Origin: Vicugna vicugna
Taxonomy: Eukaryota
Assembly: GCA_013265495.1 (NCBI GenBank)
Contig: MU058221.1
Coordinates: 2,604,001-2,668,000, forward strand
Direction of reading: 5' to 3'
DNA length: 64,000 nt
Shown: positions 37,208-48,680 of the stretch, piece by piece
How positions within the stretch are numbered: the stretch's first letter is position 1
Layout: each line of letters starts with the position of its first letter
Notes under the pieces: generated by a model
The model's database searches: none
Told to the model about the DNA's origin: nothing
What the model saw: the letters and a program-made list of their open reading frames with translations, nothing else
Made by a program: the position numbers and the translations under genes

Positions 37208-38874
37208 GTAAGTCAGGAGGGGCCCGAGGCTAGAATTGACCAGTAGGTTCGATCTCTACCTGTGGCTCTTGGAATTTCAACAGATCACCCTTCTGTGGTC
37301 TTCCTGGATCTTCCTTTTGTCTTCTGATGACTCCGCCCCTTGCTAAGGAAACAGGTGATCAGTAATTTCTCCTCTCTCCATCTCATGACTCTAAACGTGT
37401 TCTGAAACGTGTCTGCTAATTTCCCTGAACAATACGTGGAGGCTGAAACAGGACCCGGAGAAGGGCCACCCCAGAGTGCTGAAGACCAGCTTTGATTCGG
37501 GGGAGTAGAATTTAATCTGCTAAATGGAGATTTCAATGCTGTTCCCTTTTCTTCCCCCACATCCCCGTCTCCATTCCACCTACCTAAACCTGGATTAGCC
37601 GGCCGCATGATGAGCCGGGGGAAAAACCAACCCCACCTCCCTCACAGAGATGTGTGCTCTGCTGCTGCAGGATCCCAGGGCGGCGGCAGGGGGGCAAGTT
37701 CAGGGTCCTTCGTGTGTACTGTGTGTTAGGGGCTCTGTGGGAGTTGCTTTATAAGTGCAACATTGTGCTGTGTAATTTTGAGAAAAATACTGTTCATGGA
37801 AAACAAAATAATGAAATGATAACCAGACTGCCTGAATCTAGGCGTTGCAAGCCAACAGCTTGGCACAAGTTGGATTGAGTTATGTGGGGCTAAGTCGAAA
37901 ATAGAGATGTTGAACAGGCAACGTGTGCTGGAGAAAAAAAGTCCAGGAGGGCACTGATCCAGGCAAATTTAGGGAGTGGTTACCAGGGAGAGGTTAAAAC
38001 TTTTGCATAACTTTGAAACAACCAGAGGAGCAGCAAGGAAACTCTGGTATACCCCTGCTTCCGCTCGACATAAAGTTACTCAAAACTACAGACAACTTAA
38101 AGGCAAGCTAAACATGAAAAGTGTTACTTTTTGGTTTTCTTTGGAAGGCAGAGTTAAATTCTGAACAAGTTTATCAGATGAGACATGCTCTGCATTTTTC
38201 TTGCAGCAAGCGAGGGGGTTGTGCTCCAGTTTAACTGTGCCCTAAGCACCTGCTCGGTTTGTGCTTTGGTGGAATCTGCCGGTGTTGTTGCCAGCGGGAA
38301 GTCCTCCATGAAGCCCAGAGGAGGCCCCTGGTCCTCGCGGACACAGGCTGAGCCATCATGCCTGACAGCAGTCAGCAACTCGACCGTGCAAAAGCTGCGG
38401 CTACCGTAACGAAACCCCCAGACTTCCCACTGTAGCCCCAGCGTCCTGAGATGACACCAGACTAGAACTAAAAACTAGGGCAGTCTTTCTGGCTCTGTCC
38501 CCACGGACGGGGCAAGGACCCCATCACCCCTCACGTTCCATCTGCATATTCCAAGAGTTTCTCTGGCCATTGAGGAACCCACAGTCTTTCTAGGGCTGGC
38601 CTTGGGTGTTCTGGCCACTTCTACGTTTTGAGAAAGAGCAGGTGAAGAAGGAGCCAGGGGCCTGGGGACGCGGGGAGGAAGAGAAGGAAAAGAAAGAAGG
38701 CCAAATGAGTGCTCCAAAAGTTTTAAATATTCATATGTGATAAAATAATAGTATTCACATACAGATACATCATCTCATTTATGTAATCATAGTATTTATA
38801 ATCGCAGAATTTATAGAAAATGTTAATTAATGGTGTGTTGTAGGTAATATGGACAAAGAAAGGGGCATGAGTTT

Positions 38875-39165
38875 ATTTTTAAATTGAAGTAGAGTCAGTT
38901 TGCAATTGTTGTGCCGATTTCTGGTGTGCAGCATCATGTTTCAGTCATATATACACACATATATTCATTTTCATATTCTTTTTCATTATAAGTTATTGCA
39001 AGATACTGAATGTCGCTCTCTGTGCAATATAGAAGAAACTTGTATGTCTATTTTTTCACTTTCTTATTGAAGTCTAGTCAGCTTACAGTGCTGTGTCAGT
39101 TTCTGGTGTGCAGCGCAGTGCTTCAGTCACACACATGCATACATTCATTGTCATATTCTGGGACA
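38875..39165 (-). mobile_element. Two head-to-tail L1 3' ends
   Basis: attgaagt(ag/ct)agtcag...tttctggtgtgcagc...ttcagtca occurs twice (~38883 and ~39066). Confidence 0.85.
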
Positions 39166-39524
39166 TGAGTTCAAAGGTGTGTGATAAACACCTCCTACTT
39201 TGAATCCTGTCAGTGTCTGTCTGCCATTCTGTGTGCAGCCTCATTGGCAGATAATATTTGAAGTTCAGACTTGATGCCCTGTGTAGAGGTGAGGCCAGGG
39301 CCAAGTACCCCTCTGGTCTAGTCTTTCTCCCCCATCCTGTGACAGACCCGGGACACACCCAGAACTTCCTTCAGCCCATCTGTAGGTCTAACGTAGGGGA
39401 ATCCAGCCACTCAGGGTGATCCTTGCCCTCAGCTTGTGCCAGAAGCAGATGTTCAGGTCATTCAGACCCCTTCATTGTTCCTTTCTTACCCTGCGTGGTC
39501 ACTGCAGCATTGTAGAGTGTCTCT

Positions 39525-39630
39525 TTTTTAAAATAATTTTTTGAGGGGGAGGTAACTTTTTTAGAGGGAGGTACTGGGGCCTCGTGCACGCTAAGCATGC
39601 GCTCTACCCCTTGAGCTACACCCTCGCCCT
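39525..39630 (-). mobile_element. Camelid SINE with B-box deletion
   Basis: gtactggggc|ctcgtgcacgctaagcatgcgctctac lacks attgaacccagga. Confidence 0.8.
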
Positions 39631-39884
39631 AAAATGTCTTGGGGCCCAGGAAGCGTAGGGTCTAGAGTGTGCACTGGCCTCTATTTGATGACAAGTGACC
39701 TGGAATCGAAACCATTTCTGCAGCCTGTGTACTTCAAACAAGCGCTTGACTGCTGGTGCGTCCCTGTAAGAAAGCTCGTGCCCTGGGCTGAGAGTCACCC
39801 TTTTTTCAATTTGAAGTTGTCATGATGGACGTGGGCACTTTTCTGAGCCTTAGTTTCTGTGTCTATAATATGAAAACTTTGGTT

Positions 39885-41300
39885 GATATCTTGATTTTAT
39901 ATCCATTGACCTTGATACATTCACTTGCTAATGCCCAATTTTGACTCTGTCCTTTGGGATTTTCTGCATACACAGTCACGCTGTCTGCAAATTATGACAG
40001 TTGTATTTTGTCTTTTCCAGTCCTTACGTCTTGTTTTTCCCTCGCTTTATTGCGCGAGTCAGACCTTTAGTTCAATATTGTGGTGGTAGATTTTTTTGTT
40101 ATTTCCAGATCTCAGTGAGAAAATTTCAATGTTTTGCCACTAATTGTACTGTTGGTTCTACACCTCTGGCAGATACTTTGATGAGAATAATTTAGTCCTC
40201 TTCTATTACTCCTTCACTAAGGTTTTTAGAAATCATGAATAAATGCAGAATTGTATCAACGTTTTCTGCACATTTTGGGACAATTGTATGATTTTTGTCT
40301 CCTTTATTCTCCTTCGGAGGCATCAAAATTATGCTTTCCCTCAAAAAATAAATAGGAAAATTTTCCTTCTATTTCTCTGGGAGTGAATGAATGTGTAAAG
40401 ACTGACATCATGTAATTTTTAAATATTTGGAGAAATTCACTGATGCAGCAATCTGAGCCTTTTTTTTTTGAGGAAGGGTTTAAACATTACAAATTAAATT
40501 CTTTTTTTTAAGCATAAGACTATTTAAATTTTTGATTTCATTTTGGATCAGCTTTGGCAAGTTGTATTCTAGGAATTGGTTATTCTCATTTAAGGTTTCT
40601 TTCATTAAGTTCAAGGTTTTTGTCATAAAATTGCCCATGTCTTTTTATCATTTTTTTTTAACGTGTGAGGGTCTGCACTGCCATTCCTTTCTTTTTTTTT
40701 CTCCAATTCCTCATGTGGCTAATTGGCGTCTTCTTTCTTTTCTCAAGACTAGTTTTATAAGAGGTTTATCAATGTCATCATCCTTCCTAACTATATTCAG
40801 TTTCTTGTAGTAACTTATGGTGAAAAAGAATATGAAAATGAATATGTGTATGTTCATGTATGACTGAAGCATTGTCCTGTAGACCAGAAATTGACACGTT
40901 GTAAACTGACGATACTTCAATTAAAATATATATATAAATAAATAAATTGAAAAAATCTTCTCTAGAACAGATTTCAGCCTCATAGGGTTTGTTCTTTTAT
41001 TTGGATATTTCTTTTTCCGCCCCTGCTTTCTTCTGGTATAACTTACTGTTCTTTTTCTAACTTTTTGAAATGAATAATCACATCAATGAATTTTAGCCTT
41101 TCTTATTTTAGGAATATATGTACTTAAAGCTATAAATTTTCCCCTATGCTCATGTCTGGTTATTTTCCACTGACCTAATTTTTAGCTCGCTCATCCTGTC
41201 TCCATCTGTGTCCAATATGCTTGAGACTGATCTATTGCGTTCAATTTTTTAGAAAGTATTTCTAGTTGATTCTTTTTTTTTAATGATTGATTCCAGTATA
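39885..41300 (-). mobile_element. Ancient degenerate L1M relic
   Basis: T-rich antisense L1 motifs, e.g. gtcacgctgtctgcaaattatgacagt and aaagctataaattttcccct. Confidence 0.7.
40789..40955 (+). mobile_element. Young L1 3' end inserted in the old L1
   Basis: aactatattcagtttcttgtagtaac...ccagaaattgacacgttgtaaactgac plus A-rich tail. Confidence 0.88.
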
Positions 41301-42021
41301 ATGCATTATCAGATCATGTCCTTTTAAGAAATATTATTAATCGGAGTTATTTTAAAAACCCACGTCAAAGAACTCCAGTATTTTGGATCAGTTTTGCTTC
41401 TGTTTCGCGGCTGCCCCGCAGAGGTTAGCTTTTCCCTGCCACCCCCCCCCCCCAAAATCGGCTTGGATTTCAAGACTGATGATGCAGCAGCCACCACCAA
41501 GAGGGTACGAGCAGCTTTATCACCCACATAATGGCACCTTTTGGGGAGGGCAGAGCAGGCACCCAAGCCCGCACAGTGGCTTCAGCAGAGAGAAGTGGTC
41601 TTGGTTTGATGCTCAAGATGTCCATGTCGGGGCTGGGGTTGGAATGGCTCAAACTTCCCTACTGGCAACAAAACAAAACAAAGCAAAACTCAAAAGGTGG
41701 GCTTTATTATCAGTTTACCCGTTGTGGAGCAAGAGGGAAAGTGGGAGGAGTGGGGCTTAAACACGGCCAGCAGCCAGACATTCAAAGTGGGGTAAGACTC
41801 TCGTGTTTGATGGCTGGACTGTGCCGTGTGTCCTTTCGTTGCATTTGTACCTGTTTAAGGAAGTGACTTTAAAGCCCTATGAGGCTTTCAAAACGCAGAC
41901 TGTATTAGAGGGTCTGTCTTTATTGCTTAATGTAATCTTGACAGTTTATTTATTTATTTTCGATATGTCGGGTAATTTTTGGTTGAATAGCAAGCATTTG
42001 TCGGGAAAAATTTAGAGGGTC

Positions 42022-42412
42022 TGTGTCTTGGTCTATTCAGGATGCAGTAGCAAATACCACAAAATGGGTGGCCCACGAACAACAGAAATCTATTTCTCCC
42101 ACTTCTGGAGGCTGGGAGATCCAAGGTCAGAGTTTCAGGACGGGTGCATCCTGGTGAAGGCCCTCTTCCTGATTCGCAGCTGGCACCGTCTTTTGGTGTT
42201 TCGTCTTTCGGTGTTCTCGTGTGGTCGTGTGATGGAAGCGGAGAGAGATCTCTGTGGGGCCCCTATTATAAGAACGTTAATCCCATTCATAAGGACTCCA
42301 CTTTCATGACCCAAGAAGCTCTCAAGGCGTCGCCTCCTGATGCCCTCCCTTTGGGCACTAGGATTTCAGTGTATGAATTTGTGGAGGAGGCATAAGCATT
42401 CAGACCAGAGGA
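42022..42412 (-). mobile_element. MLT1A-like MaLR LTR
   Basis: aacaacagaaatctatttctcccacttctggaggctggga...taggatttcagtgtatgaattt...cattcagacc. Confidence 0.85.
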
Positions 42413-42778
42413 GTCTGGGTGATGATTCTTTACTTCAGGGAGCCTTCATCCTGTCCTCTGTGGGGCAGCAGCGGCAAGACATCTCAATCCAATCAAAGAC
42501 TTGAGGCTCGTCTGTAGTCTTTCTAAGGTATAGTCTACCTTTCCTTTACCCTGGTCCTATGAGATTGTCTCCCCGAGTACCAACAGCAGGTCGCCTGTGT
42601 TATTTAGAATCTCACTTTATTTATGAAGCATTGACTCCAAGTTTTGTTTTCCCATCATCATGAGATGGGTGTAAACTTTGATTTTTGTATGCCTTCAATT
42701 TGCTTCTTGACTGTTGCTGTTTGTAACGTCATAGACAAAAACTGTGGGAGGAAACTTGTGATAAAATGCCAGTCTTTG

Positions 42779-43426
42779 GTTTGTGATTTTTTTTTTAATT
42801 GAAGTACAGTCAATTACAGTGTATCGATTTCTGGTGTACAGCACAATGTCCCAGCCTTGCATATACATACATATATTTGTTTTCATATTTTTCTCCATTA
42901 AAGGTTATTACAAGATATTTAGCATAGTTCTCTGTGCTATACAAAAGAAACTTTTTATTAAATCTATTTTTATATATAGTAGCTAACATTTGTAAATGTC
43001 AAACTCCCAAATTTATACCCTCCCACCACCTTTCCCTGGTAACCATGATTGTTTACTAAGTCTGGGAGTCTGTTTCTATTTTGTAAGTGAGTTCATAGTG
43101 TCCTTTTTTTTTTTTTAAGATTCCACGTATGAGTGATATCATATGGTATTTTTCTTTCTTTTTCTGGCTTACTTAACTTAGAATGATGATCTCTAGTTCT
43201 ATCCATGCTGCTGCAAATGGTATTTTATTTTTTATGGCTGAGTAGTATTCCACTGTATAAATATACCACAACTTCTTTATCCAGTCCTCTGTCGATGGAC
43301 ATTTACGTTGCTTCCATGTCTTGGCTGTTGTAAGTAGTACTGTTATGAACATTGGGGTGCATGTATCTTTTTGCATTAAAGTTCCCCTCAGATATATACC
43401 CGGAAGTGGGATTGCTGGATCATATG
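42779..43426 (-). mobile_element. 5'-truncated LINE-1 with perfect 17-bp TSD
   Basis: taaaatgccagtctttg at 42762-42778 and 43427-43443; ORF2 end QKDTCTPMFITVLLTTAKTWKQRKCPST. Confidence 0.95.
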
Positions 43427-44672
43427 TAAAATGCCAGTCTTTGAATCGCCCTTGTCTGTGGGACTGTAGTTCCAGGCTGCTTCTTTGGCCATCCTGGACT
43501 CCAGTTGTTGCCTCCCCAGCCCTGTGAGATTATTGGAGATGCTAAAGAATTACCTACCTCTCCTCAGTTACCTTCTATCTGGCATCTCAGTTTCTCTCTC
43601 CACGCTAAAAATTAGCCAATCCTGGAGAGGAAAAGTGAACTGCAGAAAGCTGGGCCTCCCTGAAGGAGCATCTTTTCCATCTAGTCCAAGTTTTGACTCC
43701 TTTGGTCTCTGTTCCACACTTTCAAGCAAATTTTTATTCTGCATTTCTAGTTGCTCTCCAAAGGAAAGTGAGCCTCTTACTGGCTACTCCTTCATGGCCG
43801 GAGGTGGGAATCTCCAAGAAAGCTGATGGAGAGAAGTTTGTGGGGTGGTTTTGATTGGTGTTGATATTTGTAGTCAGAGATTTCTTTATGCAGTGGAATA
43901 CCGTACCTCAGATAAACACATAATCAGTAAACCCAGTTTCGACTGCACTGAAATAATGAACGTGGTGCTATGTCTGCCTCCGGCAGCTCCTTCACTTTCA
44001 ATGTCCTCCTTTCGCCAAACACAGCCTCATGATCCTTCCAGGACACATCTGATCCCCAGTTGGGAACCTCTGGTGAATCTCTTAAGCTGCTATTAATGTA
44101 AATCATATCGGAATTACATATCAGGTAACTCTGAATGAAGAATGCATGAATACATGAAATTATCAATCTGTAAATCGATGATGGCAGTCCTCGTCTTTCG
44201 ACTACTGAGTTTCATTATAGTGCATTCAATTTTCCACCTATTTTTATGTTTTTTCCCCCTGTGTTTGGGTGCCGTTTTCTCCCATTTTCTCCCAGTTTGC
44301 TGTTTGCTCTTCAGAGATTAAAGTGATGAAGTGAATGGAGGTTGTCACCACCTATTATGTAATGTTACGGTTTTTAGAAACTCCTCAACAAGGAGAGATT
44401 TGGTGCAAATAAAATACTAGCAAAATATGAATAGGGAAAAAAATAATTTGGACTTTCATAATTGTCTTAACAAGTGAAATCTGGACGGTTTTGAGCTGAT
44501 GGCTGAACTATCAGAAGGGAGACGGGGGGAGGGGTTTGTAACATTTAACAGAGATGAGGTGAGTTTGCACCAGAGTTTGTGGATTAAGGGGACATAACAC
44601 GTCAGCGGTAATGCTTTGTGAGCTGTAGTATCGGCCGCTCTGGGAAGTATCACCAGTAGAACTGAATTTTTA

Positions 44673-44825
44673 TTTTTTATTTTTATTCTTCTTTTGTTTT
44701 TTGGGAGGAGGCCATTAGGCTTATTTATTCATTTAACATTTGTTTTAATGGAGGTCCTGGGGCTCGCACCCAGGGGCTCGTCCATGCTAAGCACGCGCTC
44801 TACCACTGAGCGACACCCTCCCCCG
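44673..44825 (-). mobile_element. tRNA-Ala-derived camelid SINE (Vic-1-like)
   Basis: 15-bp TSD agaactgaattttta / agaactgagttttta. Confidence 0.9.
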
Positions 44826-45759
44826 AGAACTGAGTTTTTAAACGTTTTAGTCATTTTTCCTCTCCTCCAGAATCCAGCTAAGTCATCCTCGCCGGAGCTG
44901 CTGAGGGCTTCCGGGCGGGGCGGCTCCGAGGGGGTGCTGAGCTGACCCGACGACACCTGTCGCACCTCACTTCCAAGCCTTTGGGAGAGATGGGGTGCAA
45001 ATTCTGGCAACTCAGCGCCAAAGTAACGTGGTCTGGGTGGGTGGGGGGAGTGGATGGAAAGTGGGGGCGCAGGATGCACTGAAGCAAAGAGAATAAAAGC
45101 CCGTCTGGAAAATGAGATGCAAAGTCGGTCGAGCTGTGCTCAGAGCCTCCAGACCGGAACGTTTCTGCCATCGCGCTCCTCTCAGCCAGTCTGCCTGCTC
45201 CCCCGTCTCTCCCGTGGATGCTCTGTGTAAGCTGCGTGTTCTGTCATCTGGGGAAAGGCAGTGTCCTCCCTGTGGGCCCGTCCCATCTGCCTGGTCCTCC
45301 TTCATCCCTCCTGCCCCCAACAGCCAGCGTGAACTTCTGAAAAGGCAGATCAGATCCGGCGGTGTCCCTGCCTGCACCGTGCAGGCTCTTCGTCTGGTTC
45401 TCAGGTTGAAGACCCACATTTGAAGGGAGCCTGCAAGGCCTGCCGCTCCTGGCCCTCTCTTCAGCCTCCAGGCTCCCTTTCCGGCCCCTCCCGCTTCCTT
45501 GCAGGGCATCGGGCACTCGGGCCACCTTCCGTTTGTTGGATGGGACGGTCCCTCCACGCTGGGCGGGTGCCTCTGTTGTCCGTTTGCCGACAGACGGCCT
45601 CCCTCCCCCCGTCTCCCTTCTGATCGTTCAGCCTTCAGCTCAAACACCACGTCCCTCAGTGGGATCGGTTCCTTGTGTTTTTCACTCTTGTGGAACCCCA
45701 TTCGCTTTTTGTTTTTAAACAACAAATATTTATTATCTCATGGGTTTTTAAAAAAATCT

Positions 45760-46195
45760 TTTCTCCCAACTTTATTGAGATATAATTTATATATTACACT
45801 GTACCTTTTTTTTTTTTGGTTCTTTTTTTCCTTCCTGTTTTAGTGGGGTAAAATTGACTCCCAGCATGGCGTAAGTTTGATATACAGCGCAAGGGTTTGA
45901 TACACATCCATCATGAAGGGATTATTATCATAATAACTAAAGTGAACATCCATCATCTCATATAGATACGCAATTAGAAAAATAGAAAGACAAATTTTTT
46001 CTTGTGATGAGAACCCCATTTGCTTTCTTCTTTTTATTGACTGTAGTTCCCTGTGCTGTACTGTAGAAACTTGTTGCTTATCTATTTTATATATAGTGGT
46101 TAGTGTCTGCAAATCTCAAACTCCCGGTTTATCCTTTCCCACCCCCACTCCCCCCAATAGCCATGTGCTTGTCTTCTGTCTGTGGGTCCTATTTC
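45760..46195 (-). mobile_element. Cluster of L1 3' fragments of different ages
   Basis: caactttattgagatataattt; gtgaacatccatcatctcatatagatac; gttccctgtgctgtac. Confidence 0.75.
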
Positions 46196-46719
46196 CACTT
46201 GGTTCCGTAATGCACCACCGAGGAGGAGTTACAGATCCCAGAACTAAGGTGGAGAACGCCTGTTTCTACCGAGCAGAAAAACCCGGCTCCTTGGAGACAC
46301 CTGAGCAGTTGAACTAAACTCCATGAGGATGCTCCTGAGCTTATGCCTAACTCAGCAGTCATTTCCTCCTCCTCCTCCTCCCGAGCAGGCAGTTGTCCTT
46401 ATTCTTGGTGACAGAGGACTGAGAGAGGGAGCTGGTTCCGTCTGACAAACTGCGTCGTGTAACTGAGGCCATGACAGTGATGAGTGACACGAGGGAATCT
46501 CGGTTCTCTGCTCCGTCCTGTTGACTCGGTTCCTTCTGTAGCGGTGCCCCACGCTGGGTAGGGAGCTGCATCCGTTAGAAAATGCAAGGCTGGAAAGTCA
46601 GGGCCAGACCCTGAGGTCCAGAAACACTAACGCGATCATCCGTGAGGCACAGGCTGCCTTCGTCCCAGCCTTGGGTAACCGGCTTTGCTCAGTTGAGCCC
46701 TCCCCTTGCACAGAAGATG

Positions 46720-47360
46720 CGTTCAGCCACCCATGTCGATTGGGTGGCTACTGCCTGCTGACCGTTGCAGGCAATGAAACCATGAACAAAACAGGGGCTT
46801 CTGCTCTCACGGGGCACCCATTCAGTTGGGAAAGATAAAGAGTGAGATAAAGGTGTAACACGCGACGTGGAACTGTGTGTTGTGGAGCAGGTAAAGCAGC
46901 TCCGGGGGCTGGCGAGTGACGAAGGGCATGTGCGGTCAGAAAGGCTTGTCTCCGAAGATGACCATGAAACAGGGACTGAAAGACGTGAAGAACATTCCAG
47001 ATTGTGGACCAGAAACGGCAAAGCCCCCTCCCCCCAAGGCAACCGTGGCCTTGGCCTGTTTGATAAAGAACAAAGAGGCCAGTGTGACTGCCGTCGAGAG
47101 GACGCATTCCACGGACGGAGCTGAGGGCTGGGTGTGAAGATCTTACGTTTTACTCAGATACCTGACTCCATGGAAGGCCTTGAGCAAAGGGCTTGAGCAA
47201 TGGGACTTCCATTTTTGAAAGAATCCCTCTGCAGCTCTACGGAAAATACACAGATGTGTGACAAAAATAGAAGGATGTTGCAATGGTCCAGCAGGGGGCT
47301 AGTGCTCCGACTCGAGCAGAGGCAGCAGAGGCGGGAGGAGGTGGTTGGATCCGGGGCTGG
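46720..47360 (-). mobile_element. L2 relic
   Basis: catgaacaaaacaggggcttctgctctcacgggg; catttttgaaagaatccctctgcagct. Confidence 0.7.
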
Positions 47361-47994
47361 CAAATTGGAGGTTAAGATACGAGACAGAGAAGCCTGGGAT
47401 GGCTCTGCCCCGACCTGCTCCAGGAGTGAAATCACTTGGAACTGTTAAAAAACACAGCCTTCCCTCTGAGACGGTTTCTTATCGGCTTTAGCTGTTTGGT
47501 GGGTGTGATCCTGGCCAACCCGACAGAGATGTCTTGGGTTGAAATAAATATAACAGAGCTTTGTCAGTTCCGGGGTCTTGATTGAAATCATACACCAAAA
47601 AGAAAATCTAGAAAAGCTGCATCTGAAGCTTCATGGATGGAACTGGGTCTCCGGGCTTTTTTAAAAGTGCAAACTGAACGCTCTCCTCTTTTTCCCAGTG
47701 CTGCCCCCCACCCCCACCCAATCCAGTTACATGACCTGGAAATGAATTTTTGGAATTTCTCAAGTAACTGAGTCACCACAAGTCTGGACATCATAATATT
47801 TCACGAAGAGCTATTTTGTTCGGGTCAAGCACATGTTAAACTTATGCTAAGTTTATGCCTATCCTTTAAGAAGTATATATTCTCATACCACCCCTCCCCA
47901 ACCCCCTAATTCCTAAACTCTACCAAATTTTACAATTTTTCCTGCAACATACAATAAAGCATGCAGCAAAAGTTCAAGGATTCACCTTCAGCTG

Positions 47995-48190
47995 TAAGTA
48001 ACTATTTGAACATGGCCTTCACTGTGAGCTCTTTATCACCTGGCAACCTTATGAAGGAGCCACTATTTTTGACTCCGTTTTACAGATGAGAAAACTGAGG
48101 TTTCGGGACGTTAAATAACTTGCCGCACGTCATGCAAATACAAAGAGGCTGAATGCACACACAGGCCCTGGTGTCCCCGACTGCAGAGAC
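47995..48190 (-). mobile_element. MIR SINE
   Basis: ccgttttacagatgagaaaactgagg core. Confidence 0.85.
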
Positions 48191-48564
48191 CACACTGTCC
48201 GACGCTGTGCCGCGCTGTCCCCAGGCTCTCGTCCTGGGTGCGCCTGGCGCCTGGCGTCCGATCGTTCGTGGAAGCTTTGGTACGGGGCCCGGCCCCACAG
48301 TAATTGCTCGAAGTGTTAGCGGTTTCTGCTGCTCCTATTGTACGGGTGTTGAGTTCCATGTCTCTCAAACCACATTTCAGAGAAGCGCGGTGCTGACGGC
48401 GCACATCCCTGGGAGCAGCTCACATCGCGGCCGGAGAGCCCCCGCCCCCCTCATGGAGCGGGTCATCCGGGCTGCTTTGTGGCACCGCAGCTGGGCGTGA
48501 GCTAAACTCGCTTGTTTCACGCAGCTTCATCTGCAGTCTGCCTGGTTCGCAGCTGTTCTGATTT

Positions 48565-48680
48565 CTTTTTTAAATTTTTTGGGGGGGTAATTAGGCTTAC
48601 TTATTTTTTTGTCTTAATAGAGGCGCTGGGAATGGAACCCGGGGCCTTGCGCGTGCTCAGTGCACACTCTCCCCCCACCC
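48565..48680 (-). mobile_element. Camelid SINE, degenerate
   Basis: ggggtaattaggcttac...ctgggaatggaacccggggccttgcgcgtgctcagtgc. Confidence 0.8.

Noticed and set aside
45012..45725. 237-aa minus-strand ORF
   Set aside because: GC-rich patch with overlapping ORFs in several frames, non-ATG start and no homology recognised.
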